64,000 bases of DNA from Candidatus Poribacteria bacterium (GTDB lineage: Bacteria > Poribacteria > WGA-4E > JAJDTR01). Location of the stretch: the NCBI GenBank assembly GCA_965222225.1, contig CBDCTK010000002.1, positions 4,160,001-4,224,000 on the forward strand, read 5' to 3'. Under the pieces are notes generated by a model that was not told where the DNA came from, did not search any database, and was given only the letters and a program-made list of their open reading frames with translations. The first letter of the stretch is position 1. The number at the start of each line of letters is the position of its first letter. Both the position numbers and the translations under genes were made by a program. Below, one piece after another: positions 18,714 to 30,081 of this stretch.

Positions 18714-20516
18714 GTGTTTGGCATGGGTGGTAATTTACATGACTATAGTGAAGAGGAGCAAGATCTTGGCAAAATCTATGACCGCGTACTAATGAGGCGG
18801 TTGGTTTCGTATATGAAACCGTATCGTGTTGAGGTTGTATTGCTGGCATTTCTCGTAGTCGGTGTAATGCTCGCTCAGTTGGCAGGTCCGATCCTTCTTC
18901 AGATTGCAATCGATCAATACATTCAGCCACGAGAACTAGCCGGTTTGGAGTTTATCGCCTTTTTCATGATTGCGGCTATGGTTGCGGAACTTGTGTTCAG
19001 CTATGTAAATGAGTATAGGATGCAGATGCTTGGGCAAAAAATCATGTATGATATTCGGACGCAAATCTTTTCCCATCTGCAAAGGCTCAATGTAAGTTAC
19101 TTTGATCGAAACCCCGTAGGGCGATTGATGACCCGCGTGATGGGGGATGTTCAGGCGCTCAACGAACTTTTTACATCGGGCGTAATTACGGTTTTTGCGA
19201 ATCTGTTGAATATCATTGGCATTATGGCGATGATGCTATTCTTGAATTGGAAACTTGCATTGGTGACGCTGACAGTTCTGCCAATCATCTTCGCTGCAAC
19301 AACAGTTTACCAAGTGTATTCCCGTAGGGCGTTTCGAGATCAACGTAAGCATCTTGCACGGATTAATGCTTTCTTGAACGAGAGCATTCTCGGCATGACA
19401 ACGGTGCAACTCTTTACACAGGAGCGTCGTAGCTTTCTCAAATTTGATGAGCGGAACCGGGAATATTTGCGGGCAAGTCTCAAGACTGCTATCTATTTTT
19501 CCATGTTTTTCCCACTTATTGAGGTAGTTGGTTCTCTTGCAACCGCGATAATCGTGTGGTACGGAGGTGGACAGATTCTACAGAATGCCCTTTCCTTCGG
19601 GGTACTCGTTGCTTTTATTCAATACGCACAACGTTTCTTTTGGCCCATCCGTGACTTGAGCGAACAGTACACGATTTTTCAATCAGCAATGGCTTCCTCC
19701 GAGCGAATCTTCGAACTCTTGGACACTCAACCGACAATCGTTGATGCTGCCGCACCTAAGGAAGTCAACCAATTCACAGGTCGAATTGAGGTCCGAAATG
19801 TCCGCTTCGCTTACCAAAAGGACGATTACGTGCTGCATGATGTATCTTTCAAGGTCGAACCGGGAGAGACGGTTGCCATTGTTGGTCACACCGGCTCGGG
19901 CAAGACGACAATCATTAATCTCCTGTGCCGATTTTATGAACCTAACGAAGGTTCCGTCTTGATTGATGGAGTGGATATCAGGCAGATGCGTCTGAACGAC
20001 TTGCGACGTGCCATCAGTATCGTGCAGCAAAATATCTTCCTGTTTTCCGATAGCATTGAGGAGAATATCCGGCTCGGGAACGAGAGTGTTACCCGCGAAC
20101 AAGTGATTGCAGCGGCGACAGAAGTACATCTTGACAAGTTTGTAAGCAGAATGGCGGATGGCTACGACACAAGTGTGCAGGAAGGCGGCAGCGGCTTGTC
20201 AGTCGGTCAAAAGCAGTTAGTCGCTTTTGCGCGCGCGTTGGTTTTCAATCCCGATATTCTAATTCTTGACGAAGCGACATCAAGCATTGATACCGAGACA
20301 GAACTTCTAATCCAGGATGCGTTGAGTCGCCTTATGGCAAATCGAACCTCAATTGTGATTGCGCATCGACTTTCGACCATTCAGAATGCCGACAAGATTA
20401 TTGTGATGCACAAGGGGCAGGTTCGTGAAATGGGGACACATAACGATCTCTTGCGAAAACGGGGTGTCTATTATCGGCTTTATCAGCTTCAGTATAAGGG
20501 CCAAGAAGTGGGGTAA
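18714..20516 (+). CDS. ABC exporter, permease+ATPase (MdlB/YheH-like heterodimer subunit)
   Basis: GHTGSGKTT, LSVGQKQL, ILDEAT, IAHRLST. Confidence 0.92.
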   Translation: MFGMGGNLHDYSEEEQDLGKIYDRVLMRRLVSYMKPYRVEVVLLAFLVVGVMLAQLAGPILLQIAIDQYIQPRELAGLEFIAFFMIAAMVAELVFSYVNEYRMQMLGQKIMYDIRTQIFSHLQRLNVSYFDRNPVGRLMTRVMGDVQALNELFTSGVITVFANLLNIIGIMAMMLFLNWKLALVTLTVLPIIFAATTVYQVYSRRAFRDQRKHLARINAFLNESILGMTTVQLFTQERRSFLKFDERNREYLRASLKTAIYFSMFFPLIEVVGSLATAIIVWYGGGQILQNALSFGVLVAFIQYAQRFFWPIRDLSEQYTIFQSAMASSERIFELLDTQPTIVDAAAPKEVNQFTGRIEVRNVRFAYQKDDYVLHDVSFKVEPGETVAIVGHTGSGKTTIINLLCRFYEPNEGSVLIDGVDIRQMRLNDLRRAISIVQQNIFLFSDSIEENIRLGNESVTREQVIAAATEVHLDKFVSRMADGYDTSVQEGGSGLSVGQKQLVAFARALVFNPDILILDEATSSIDTETELLIQDALSRLMANRTSIVIAHRLSTIQNADKIIVMHKGQVREMGTHNDLLRKRGVYYRLYQLQYKGQEVG

Positions 20517-21240
20517 TCTAGTCTTATCAACAGGCGAGTCCATTCATTATCCATGCTAATTATCGCTACTACTATATATGTGATTGCACCTGCATCCACT
20601 TGCCGGTGAAACCTTCTTCATCTCACTACAAGTCGGGAAACTCAAGCTAAAGTAACTACGTCCCCACTCCCTCGCATCAATTGAGTCCATCGAATTCTCG
20701 ACGAATTAGGATTTGAAAAACCGTTTTGACGATTCTACCCAAGTCTACGTATATTAAAAGAACGTCAAGCCTGTAGCTCATCGCAATTGTCAGTTTTGGG
20801 CAGGAAGCCGTAAAGCGCTGTAACAACTTAGCTGAAGGATCTTGCACGAAGGCGTCTATCCCATCAAGATATTCTGCACCAAATGCGTTCAGTTGTTTCA
20901 TATATGCCACTGGAAAGCCGTTTATGCCGCATGAAATCCGCTGTCTTGGGCTATCGCCACATTTGGCATAAAATTTGCCCTGTAACGGCGCAGTCAGTGC
21001 TTGACACAATGGTGAGGGCGTTAAAATTTACATCCTAGATTTTTTGAGTTAGCTAACGACAACGTATGTTGTCTTTCAGATCGACTTGGAGTGTTGGTCT
21101 ATTGTGACGTGGAAGTAGGGGGTTATGGAATTGACTTCCCATATTGTGTTACAGATTTCCATGTAAAATCATTGTTTTAACACAGGCTGGCGGAAACGAG
21201 TAGTTGAATGCACGTATGTGAAACTGCTTGAGGCTTAATT

Positions 21241-23268
21241 ATGATTCGTCAATCTAAGAAAACACGTGCTGCAAGAGCGCTTCTCATATCAGCGGTTGTC
21301 CATCTTTTCCTCATGATTGTGTTGACTTTTCTGTTTTACAATAGTGAAAAAGCAGAATTTGACGACGCAATTGGCGTCGAATTTCTTGATAAAGACAATC
21401 TTCAGAAGCCGCGCCGGAAGTTGCTTAAGCCCCCTCTACCCAAACAACTGCTGACACTGCGGAAATCCCAATCCACGACAAGCGATCAACCACGAACTGT
21501 CAAGTTAATTGCATCCTCAAATCCGATTGACGAAACCGCGCGCCGCCTACCCAATTCACTGTTCCGGAACGCGACTACGAATCAGGATAATCCGCAAGAT
21601 CAGCTTCCTGACGTTATGACGGATACACAACGTATCTACAGTCGTGAGGTATCAATCCCTGAATCTGTTGCAAGCCGATTTCAGGAGGATGATGCAGATG
21701 GCGTTAAGAGTTATCGTCAGCGAGTGAGCGGAGAGGGGGCCAATGGACTTCACTCCGTCGAATCAACGGGTGCTTCGGATGTTGGGACAGTGGGAGATCA
21801 ACCGGGGACGGGCCAAGGTGGCACCGGCGGCAAGATCAACGCGAACAACCCTTTTGCCCATGCACTGAAGCGCATTGCCGACCACGTCATAAGCACAAGA
21901 GAAACGGACAAGGTTAACGTGGTCTTCGTGGTCGATACGAGCGCAAGTATGCGGGACAACATCCAACAGGTCGCCAACCACCTGAACATAATGACTGATG
22001 AATTTGATACCATCAAGCTGGAATATTATCTAGGAATGTCCGAATTCAGCGTCCGGCGCGATGGCCAACGCTTAAAGACAGTTTCGTTAAGACCTGATGT
22101 AGGGCTGATTCGTCGAAATATGCAACGCGCGCGACTTAGCGGAGATGAGCATGCGCTTGATGCGCTTGTCGATACTTTAAACTATATGGAATTTCACCCC
22201 GACGCGGACAAGCACTTGGTATTAGTCACGGACGAACGTGCCACGACAAGCTTGGCACTGGAGAACGCGACGGTAGACATGCGCGCGAGGATAATCCGCG
22301 ATTGTCTGAGCCAAGAAATCCATACGAACGTACTTGGTTTCACCGAGCCATTCCAGAAGCAGATTGCCGAAGAAACAGGCGGACTTTGGCAAAAAATCCC
22401 TGGCGGATTACCTCAGGTAGCGTCTTTGCCGACCTCACGTTTAGCTAACGAGAGATTCCTCAAAGTTTTTCGCGACATCGTCAAGGACATTCGGCAGAGT
22501 GGGATCCTTGTGTTTAGCATGGACGTGGAGTTCCAGCATGACTTGGATGCTAAGGGCAACTTGATCTCGAACAGTATCTTACGTAGGTTCAAGAAACATG
22601 GTAGACCTCTGTCCGCGAAAGCGTACATCAAGAGAAATGGGAAAGGTCATAACTGGTTGATTCTTGACGGTCAAACCTCTTATACGATAAGAAAAGTTAA
22701 CGACAAGCTGAACGTTCATCTTGGTCATAGCGTAGAATCGCATTCAACTCCAAGTGTTGTGGATGTTGTAATCATGTTGGATTACAGTCGCAGCATGGGC
22801 GGAAAGTCCGAGGCCGTGATGCTCGGAATCAGTACACTGATTGGCAGGCTCGATCTTCTCTCAATCTCTTATAGAATTCAACTCATCCGTTTTGCCGAAG
22901 CAAAAGATGCAATCAAGTCTGTCGACGGGACTGTTGTCACGCAAGGCTTTGTTACGGAGTCCCAAATCAAGACATTTCTGGAAGCTCCTTTCGGCGGTGA
23001 CGAGCATTTGATTGATGCTATCGTAGAGGGGTTGCCGAAGATTGAGTTTCGCCCTAATGCGGCTCGTGTTCTTCTTGTTCTGACGGATGAGCCAAGCACC
23101 GGTAGTCTTACAGAAGATCGGGCAATCGAAGTCTGTCAATCGCTCGGTATACAAGCGTATGTGATTGGTGATCCTACTGACGTATTTCAACTCGCACTTG
23201 CCGAGCGAACCGGTGGTCGTCTGTTCACAATGTCCAATCACCTGAGCAAGAGATACCCGTACCAATGA
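21241..23268 (+). CDS. Membrane-anchored protein with two VWA domains
   Basis: N-terminal TM (ISAVVHLFL), Pro/Gly-rich stalk, MIDAS motifs VVDTSASM and MLDYSRSM, each with a downstream L(V/L)TDE. Confidence 0.85.
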   Translation: MIRQSKKTRAARALLISAVVHLFLMIVLTFLFYNSEKAEFDDAIGVEFLDKDNLQKPRRKLLKPPLPKQLLTLRKSQSTTSDQPRTVKLIASSNPIDETARRLPNSLFRNATTNQDNPQDQLPDVMTDTQRIYSREVSIPESVASRFQEDDADGVKSYRQRVSGEGANGLHSVESTGASDVGTVGDQPGTGQGGTGGKINANNPFAHALKRIADHVISTRETDKVNVVFVVDTSASMRDNIQQVANHLNIMTDEFDTIKLEYYLGMSEFSVRRDGQRLKTVSLRPDVGLIRRNMQRARLSGDEHALDALVDTLNYMEFHPDADKHLVLVTDERATTSLALENATVDMRARIIRDCLSQEIHTNVLGFTEPFQKQIAEETGGLWQKIPGGLPQVASLPTSRLANERFLKVFRDIVKDIRQSGILVFSMDVEFQHDLDAKGNLISNSILRRFKKHGRPLSAKAYIKRNGKGHNWLILDGQTSYTIRKVNDKLNVHLGHSVESHSTPSVVDVVIMLDYSRSMGGKSEAVMLGISTLIGRLDLLSISYRIQLIRFAEAKDAIKSVDGTVVTQGFVTESQIKTFLEAPFGGDEHLIDAIVEGLPKIEFRPNAARVLLVLTDEPSTGSLTEDRAIEVCQSLGIQAYVIGDPTDVFQLALAERTGGRLFTMSNHLSKRYPYQ

Positions 23269-23334
23269 TGCGGAATAGGTCGTATTTGAAGCATTATTGA
23301 CCAAAATTCAAATCCTATCATACAGGAGAAATCG

Positions 23335-23859
23335 ATGTCGGAAAAATCGTCCGCAAGCACCGAACAGCATCGAGAGGCCGCAGCTGAACAGGGGCCAGTC
23401 AAAGTAGCAATCGTAACCGTGAGTGACACGCGTACTGCGGAAACGGACAAGAACGCCGCCTATCTGCGCGAACAAATAGCTAATGGTGGAAACAGCGCGA
23501 TTGCTTATCGTATTATCAAGGATGAACCGGCTCAGGTGGAGGCAGTTTTGGATGAGATGACGGAGACAGACGCACGCGTTATCCTCTTTAACGGCGGCAC
23601 GGGAATCGCACCTCGTGACACGACCTTTGATGTGTTAAGCCGCAAGCTGGAGAAAACCTTGCCCGGTTTTGGGGAGCTCTTCCGTGTGTTTAGTTACGAA
23701 CAGGTCGGCGCGGCAGCGATACTTTCACGCGCAACGGCGGGAGTATATCATGGGAAGGTAATCATCTCAACGCCGGGTTCAAGCGCAGCAGTGCAACTGG
23801 CGTGGGAAAAACTCATTGGGCCAGAACTACAACACCTCGCATGGGAAGTTGGACGCTGA
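23335..23859 (+). CDS. moaB: Molybdenum cofactor biosynthesis protein MoaB/MogA
   Basis: [42 protein letters not shown]. Confidence 0.9.
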   Translation: MSEKSSASTEQHREAAAEQGPVKVAIVTVSDTRTAETDKNAAYLREQIANGGNSAIAYRIIKDEPAQVEAVLDEMTETDARVILFNGGTGIAPRDTTFDVLSRKLEKTLPGFGELFRVFSYEQVGAAAILSRATAGVYHGKVIISTPGSSAAVQLAWEKLIGPELQHLAWEVGR

Positions 23860-23909
23860 AGGGCAGACTTGAGGGTTGGTGGTGTCAAGAGGTTGCAGAT
23901 TCAAATGCT

Positions 23910-24390
23910 CTATTTTCGTGCGAGTTCATAATGAATGAGTTCCAATCCTCCGTATGCATCCGCTTGACTCCGCCCAACTTCAATTAAGCCGCACGAGAGG
24001 TATGTTCTACGAGCAGGTAGAAAAAACGGGTGATATGCGGTCGTCACCTTGGCGCGATGTACTTGGGACAGCAATTCATCCAACCCCATTTGGCCCTGTC
24101 CCTTCCCATATCCTTTGCGACGGTGGAGCGGCACAATGCAGTTGTGACCAAATGATCCAACTTCTGCCCCCTCTGCGTACCAAGATACAAACCCAATCGG
24201 CTTATCGTCGAAGGTACTTATCACTCACTGCTTTGCCGCTTGAATTTGGGCCATCAAACAGATCGTCGTCAGTAGCCTCGAATCCGTGTTTGTAATTGGG
24301 TTTCGCTTCCAACAGGCTCGCATAACTTACGCAAAGCAGTTTGTAGATAAGGCGTCTGTCAAATTGGTCGACCCGTTTGAATTCAATCAT
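23910..24390 (-). pseudogene. GNAT acetyltransferase, frameshifted
   Basis: Two overlapping ORFs (24202..24390 and 23910..24224); acetyl-CoA motif HRRKGYG. Confidence 0.75.
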
Positions 24391-24429
24391 CTGAAATGGA
24401 ATTGCGGCAGATTTCTACGGGGATGCGTC

Positions 24430-25349
24430 CTACCCGTTACGGTATCTCGCCAATATTTCTTGGAGGCCTCTCCGATCCAAGACCTCTTTGTTGACAATAT
24501 CATCCGAAATTTCACCTTGTGAAACCTGAATAACTCGTTGGCAGTTGGTGCGGCCAATGTCTTGGTAGCATTCGTCGGTCATGGCAATGGCGTGCGGCGT
24601 GAGTATGACATTATCAAGCGTGAGCAGTGGGTCGTCCGGGTCAACCGGTTCCTCTCCAAACACGTCAATTCCTGCCCCTCGAATGCCCTTCGTTTTCAGA
24701 GCTTCGGTCAACGCCCCCTGATCGACTATGGGTCCACGTTCAGTATTGATAAAAAAGGCACTGGATTTCATAAGTCTAAATTCACGAGCACCGATTAATC
24801 CGTGGGTCTCCTCGGTAAGTGGACAGCAGACACACACGTAGTCTGCTTCTGCAAGTAGCGATTGCAAGTCCGTAAGCTCTACGTTCAAAGATTTGGCAAG
24901 TTCGGTTGGAGCGTAGGGGTCGTACGCCATTCCCCCGTTACGAACAGCTTTGTCCCTTGCGATGACATGCTTCGACAACGCAAACATTAGGGAGATAATC
25001 CCTTCTGCCACCGGGTGCCGCACACCGCGCGGCGTAATCGCAATCATTACGTTTGCTTCAGTTGCCGCTTGGAGATCGAAGTTATCGTAACCGACGCCAT
25101 GCCTTGCGATTAGGGTCAGATGGTCTGCGCCTTCAAAAGTCTCCGTCGTGTAAACGCCACCAAACGCGATGAATGCGTCAAGCCCGCACATTTCCTTGAG
25201 GGGAACTAAGGTAGATCTGTTTTGATAAAGTGATATTCAATATGTGGTTGCTTCTCAAGTAAATCAAGCCCAATGTCCTTGAAGCGCAATCTACCATCCA
25301 AGTCTAAGAATCTGGGAGCTAATCCGACGCGGAATTTTTCTTTTTCCAT
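24430..25349 (-). pseudogene. D-2-hydroxyacid dehydrogenase (SerA-like), disrupted
   Basis: RHGVGYDN, PLTEET, INTERG, LTPH. The N-terminal part (MEKEKFRVG...) ends in TAG near 25208, and the GxGxxG Rossmann segment is deleted (VRNG|GMAYDPY). Confidence 0.85.
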
Positions 25350-25393
25350 AGCCGTTTCTCTCCATTCAAGCACGACAATTTATCTGCCGTCAA

Positions 25394-26287
25394 CTACAAT
25401 ACTTCACGTACAAACGTGTACATACCTCTCATCCAGAAGGCGTAATAAATTCCATTTGCGTAGCAGAAATACATCGTCTTTAGCATGATGACAACGACAA
25501 GAATGGCAGCGCCGGTCGTTATTAAGAGTATGTCCCGGGGTTGCATCTTCAGAGATCGTAAATATGTACGCTGTTTTCCGACAATATCGGGTGAGAACGC
25601 TCGACTTTCTACAGCTTCCCCGAGATGTGTAGCGCGGCGAATATTGTTGGTCAAAATCGGGCGAAAACTGTTGAGAAGCCCACGAATAATCTGCAGTGGG
25701 TTGAATTGGAAGTAACGAAATCCTCTTAATCGCTGTGATCTAATCACATTTGCCGATTCAGCTGCTATCAGCGGGATATAGTGCAAGCCGGTGTTCACCA
25801 TGAACGCTAGGTTGTAGGGCACACGCAACTTTACAAAAGCCAATAGCAGATCGCGTGGTTGAGTTGACCAGACAATGAAGCACCCGATTGTCAGGGTTGT
25901 ATTGAATCGTAGCGACTGAATTGCACCGTGTAGAAGACCCTCGCGATACACTCGAACGCCTCCGGTCATGCTGCCGATTATCGGAACATCACGTCCTACG
26001 AGGATGAAAAATACTGTACGCGGAGACGCATTGTAGAATATGGCTTGACTGTATATCAATCCCCAGGTGGCAAAAAAAATGAATAAAATGAGCAGTCGGT
26101 ATTGGCGCCAGGATGGAAAAGAGAGTACAATCAACCCAATGCTAATTAGAAAGCAGAACAGTAACGACGTCGCGCTATCAAGCATGATAACGAGAGCCCC
26201 GAAGAACATTAGCATGAGGATTTTGGTGCGCGGATCGAGGTGTGTTATCGACATGTCAAATTGGTCTGGCTGTTCGCTAACCGCCAT
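25394..26287 (-). CDS. ecfT: ECF transporter T component (CbiQ/EcfT)
   Basis: LDPRTK, SQRLRG and ESRAF coupling motifs. Confidence 0.88.
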   Translation of the reverse strand: MAVSEQPDQFDMSITHLDPRTKILMLMFFGALVIMLDSATSLLFCFLISIGLIVLSFPSWRQYRLLILFIFFATWGLIYSQAIFYNASPRTVFFILVGRDVPIIGSMTGGVRVYREGLLHGAIQSLRFNTTLTIGCFIVWSTQPRDLLLAFVKLRVPYNLAFMVNTGLHYIPLIAAESANVIRSQRLRGFRYFQFNPLQIIRGLLNSFRPILTNNIRRATHLGEAVESRAFSPDIVGKQRTYLRSLKMQPRDILLITTGAAILVVVIMLKTMYFCYANGIYYAFWMRGMYTFVREVL

Positions 26288-27933
26288 TTCAATTGAGTCT
26301 TTAGAGGCGCAATAAGCGAAGCATACTCCAGAAGATCCGGATTTGAAAAGGCATCACTTGGTTTCCCGTCGAAAATCAGTTCACCTTGACGTAATAACAA
26401 CATACGTTTCGCGTATTGTAAAGTAAGTTGGGCGTCGTGGGTACAAAAAATCAGCGTTTTATTTTGCTTTTCGACAGTATCGCAAAGTACACCCATCAAC
26501 CGTTGGAGATGACTAAAATCCTGTCCCGCGGTAGGTTCGTCAAGGAGAAGAATGTTTGGGAGAAGCGAGTAGGCTGCGGCGGTTGCTGTTCGCTGTCGCT
26601 GTCCTCGCGAAAGGGAATAGGGAGCTTCATTACCGACACTGTCCAAATCGAATGCTGACATAACTTCCTCGGTCCGCTCCTCAATCTCATAACGAGATAG
26701 TTTAAGGTTTTTAGGACCGTAAGCGACTTCATCGCTTACGGTTGCCGCTTGCAGCAGGAGATCGGGATCTTGAAAGACAATTCCGATTTTTCCCGCCAAG
26801 TTGTGAAGCTTCAAGCGCTCTCTGCTTATGTCTGCAATGAGAATTCGTCCGGTCGTGGGACGAAGTAGCCCGGGAACAGATAAAAGCAGCGTCGTTTTTC
26901 CGGATCCATTTGCCCCCATAATCGCGATTACTTCACCTTTACTAATTTCAAATGAGACATCGCTTAAAGCAGGAATCGCAGTGCGTGGATACTGAAACGT
27001 GAGATTTTCGATACTGGCTAGTACATTTCGCGAATCTTGATGTGATTGATCGTGGCTAGCCAAGCCTGACAAATTTGATATTGGGGCAGATTTGCTTGGA
27101 AATCTATCGGCATGCATAAATATTTGCACAGCTTGATCGACAGTGAGAGGGCGTTCGGGTAGTCCCAACTGTTCCGATATTTCAGCCAAATCGGGAACCT
27201 CCACTCCCAAGTTACGATAAGAGCTGAGGTCTGAAAAGGCTCGATCCACGGGCGAATCCAAGGCGATTTCAGCATGATTCATCAGCCAAACGCGATCGCA
27301 CAACGGGGCAATTTCAGCGACACGATGGGTCGCGATTACAACCGTTATCTCATTCTCGCGGTTCAGCTGTCTGAGGATTTCCAGAATATCGCATGTGCTT
27401 GTTGGGTCGAGATGGCTGGTTGGCTCGTCTAGCAGGAGAATGCGTGGTTGCATTGCGCATAAGCAAGCGAGGGCAACTCGTTGCTTCTCACCGCCGGAGA
27501 GTGTCGAAATTGCGCGCGCCCTAAATCCGGATGGCAGCTTGACCTGTGTCAAGGCGGTGTCGATCCGGGCATCAATCTGAAAGGAGCGAACGCCAAGATT
27601 TTCTAGACCAAAGGCGATTTCATCTTCAACAACCGTGCAGAAAAACTGATCGTCAGGATTTTGAAATAGCAAACCTACGTGTTGACAGATTACTGCTAGA
27701 GGTTGGTCGGCAAGGTTTGTGTCATCAATAGTGACATTGCCAGACAGCACGCCGCCTGACGCGTGAGGGATTAAACCGTTCAAGGTTCGTAACAGGGTGG
27801 ATTTGCCACACCCGGTGGGGCCTGTCAAGAGGATAAACTCGCCGCGCTCGATTTCTGCGTTAATCTTCTTTAGGCTCGGTTCACTGCGACTTGGGTAGGT
27901 AAAACTCGCATCTCTAATCTCAATTTGGCTCAT
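26245..27933 (-). CDS. ECF transporter fused double ATPase (EcfA-A')
   Basis: Two ABC domains: GPTGCGKST/LSGGEKQR/FQNPDDQ and GANGSGKTT/LSRGQRQR. Confidence 0.9.
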   Translation of the reverse strand: MSQIEIRDASFTYPSRSEPSLKKINAEIERGEFILLTGPTGCGKSTLLRTLNGLIPHASGGVLSGNVTIDDTNLADQPLAVICQHVGLLFQNPDDQFFCTVVEDEIAFGLENLGVRSFQIDARIDTALTQVKLPSGFRARAISTLSGGEKQRVALACLCAMQPRILLLDEPTSHLDPTSTCDILEILRQLNRENEITVVIATHRVAEIAPLCDRVWLMNHAEIALDSPVDRAFSDLSSYRNLGVEVPDLAEISEQLGLPERPLTVDQAVQIFMHADRFPSKSAPISNLSGLASHDQSHQDSRNVLASIENLTFQYPRTAIPALSDVSFEISKGEVIAIMGANGSGKTTLLLSVPGLLRPTTGRILIADISRERLKLHNLAGKIGIVFQDPDLLLQAATVSDEVAYGPKNLKLSRYEIEERTEEVMSAFDLDSVGNEAPYSLSRGQRQRTATAAAYSLLPNILLLDEPTAGQDFSHLQRLMGVLCDTVEKQNKTLIFCTHDAQLTLQYAKRMLLLRQGELIFDGKPSDAFSNPDLLEYASLIAPLKTQLKWRLANSQTNLTCR

Positions 27934-27942
27934 CCATTCAAC

Positions 27943-29934
27943 CTAATCTAGACCCTCAATTTGAAATGGGAGAGTGCCAAAGAGCTCTTCGAGATACTGT
28001 TTTATCGTAATTCGGAAGGCATCAAGCGGCTCGGCGACATGATGTCTAAAATCGTGGTGGACATGTTCATATTGTGTATGCACACGGTTCATGAGACTGT
28101 GTACATAATCCCGCATCTCAGGTATACGTTCGCTGTGCGCTTTGGCAAATCGAGACACCACTTCCTTAAACGCACGTAGTTCCGCCTCCAAGTACACTAT
28201 GAATACGGATTTCTGGAAGGCTTCAAGGGCATCCCTCACACCACGCCTGAAATCTCTGTGCACAGTCTCATATTCGGCACGTACTTTAGCCAAGAGTGCT
28301 TGGGCATGCACGCCAATTTCACCGATACGATTAGCTCGTGATTTCACGAATTTAGATGCGCTATCCCTGAAACTTCTTAACTCCGAATGTAGGTATTGCT
28401 TGAAACTGTCTACAGCAATCTGCTGACTTGTGACCTTCTCGTGGTGGTATCCTAGAATTGCAAACAAGACTGCATCGGGTAGTCGCCGAGGATAGCGCAT
28501 GAGGACTTGGCTCAAGAACCAGAGATAAGTCGGCCCTTGCTTGCGCGAAAACAGTTGCTGCCGCAATGACTTCAACAATGCGCCCAATTCCATCTTCCCG
28601 ACACGAACGGTTCGCCTCCTGGGCCGCCAATTCTCGAACAAGGTTAAACATCTTTCAAAATAACCTCTTAGACTGGGTTCATAGAGCACGTTTAGAATCC
28701 GCTTGTACTCTTTTATGAGCACCTCACGGTCAAGTTCGGGGACAAAATTCAACTCAACACTGACATTGTTTCCGCTTGATTCGCCGAGGAGCCTTCCTTC
28801 CGTTTCAAGACGTTTGTATAGATTTGTTTGTTTCAATGCAGTAAGAAGTCCCGCCATTGCCCTAGGAATTCCAGCCTTTTGGATGAAATCAATGTGTGAC
28901 TGAAATTCTTTGTCTCCGTCAAGGCCAACAATGAATCCTGCCGTGGTTTCGAGACCTGCCTCCTGTATCGTTCTTATGGCGCGCAGCAAATAGCTCTCAG
29001 CCGATTCATCCTTACTAGTATTTTGTTGTTTAACCGTTTTCTGTAGGGCCTCGTCATTCGGACTCTCGATTCCCAAGAACGTCATGATAAAGCCTGCGTT
29101 GGCCATACCATCTAGCATACCAGGGATATCAACTAAGTTTACGCTTGTCTCGGTGTAAAGTTGAAATGGGAAGTCCCTAGCTTCCTGCCATTCAGTGATG
29201 GCTGGTAAAAGCCGTATCGCATCACGCTTGTTGCCGATAAAATTATCGTCAACGAGGAACATTGCGCCACGCCAGCCTAGGTGATGAAGCAAATTGAATT
29301 CCGCCAACACCTGATCACTCGTTTTGGTCCGAGGCACTCGCCCGAATAGTTTGGTAATGTCGCAGAACTCACAGTCAAATGGACAACCACGAGAAAATTG
29401 CAGCGCCATCGAGCCGTAGTCCTTGAGATTCACGAGATCATATCTCGGATGTGGCGTCTTCGTGACATCCGGCTTTCTTGGTTCTGTATATACATCCTTG
29501 GCATTTCCACTTGCAAGGTCTGTGAGAAAACCATCGAAGCTTTCTTCGACCTCTCCGAAAAGAAAATGATCTACCCAACCGCCGCGCTCTTGCATTGCAC
29601 TCACAATCTCCTCGCGATAGGAGGTTGGATGAGGTCCACCCGAAACGACAGGTTTATTTGCACGATTGCAGCGCTCAACGACCTCAAAATATGAGTCTTT
29701 TTGGACAATCATGGTGGAGGTAAAAACGACATCCGCCCACTCAAGATCTGCGTCGAGTAGAGGTGCGACATTCATATCAACGACTTTGAGGCAATAATCT
29801 TTAGGGAACAACCCAGCTACGGTCAGTAATCCGAGCGGGGGCATGTTGGATTTCCTGCCGATGAATTGTAAGGCGTAGTTATATCCCCAATAGGAGGGAG
29901 GAAATTCCGGGTAAACCAAGAGGGCATTAGGCAT
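27943..29934 (-). CDS. B12-binding radical SAM protein (DUF4070 type, HpnP-related family) with C-terminal helical repeats
   Basis: PPLGLLTVA, GGPHPT, FSRGCPFDCEFCDI (CxxxCxxC), VDDNFIGN, GIES, GFIVGLD. Confidence 0.9.
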   Translation of the reverse strand: MPNALLVYPEFPPSYWGYNYALQFIGRKSNMPPLGLLTVAGLFPKDYCLKVVDMNVAPLLDADLEWADVVFTSTMIVQKDSYFEVVERCNRANKPVVSGGPHPTSYREEIVSAMQERGGWVDHFLFGEVEESFDGFLTDLASGNAKDVYTEPRKPDVTKTPHPRYDLVNLKDYGSMALQFSRGCPFDCEFCDITKLFGRVPRTKTSDQVLAEFNLLHHLGWRGAMFLVDDNFIGNKRDAIRLLPAITEWQEARDFPFQLYTETSVNLVDIPGMLDGMANAGFIMTFLGIESPNDEALQKTVKQQNTSKDESAESYLLRAIRTIQEAGLETTAGFIVGLDGDKEFQSHIDFIQKAGIPRAMAGLLTALKQTNLYKRLETEGRLLGESSGNNVSVELNFVPELDREVLIKEYKRILNVLYEPSLRGYFERCLTLFENWRPRRRTVRVGKMELGALLKSLRQQLFSRKQGPTYLWFLSQVLMRYPRRLPDAVLFAILGYHHEKVTSQQIAVDSFKQYLHSELRSFRDSASKFVKSRANRIGEIGVHAQALLAKVRAEYETVHRDFRRGVRDALEAFQKSVFIVYLEAELRAFKEVVSRFAKAHSERIPEMRDYVHSLMNRVHTQYEHVHHDFRHHVAEPLDAFRITIKQYLEELFGTLPFQIEGLD

Positions 29935-30081
29935 GTAGCTGCACGTCCAATCTGAGGGATGGAGAATATTCTGGATTTGTTACGATGGCAAGTCTCGACG
30001 CAATTTCCGCAATCAGTTCACTCCGTGAGCCTCTTGCGTAATTCCGGGAACGAGAAATCTTCTTACGATTACTTATCTTCT

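Noticed and set aside
20520-21240. ORF 20677..21009 or an ncRNA in the long gap
   Set aside because: No family motif or convincing structure; probably decayed sequence.
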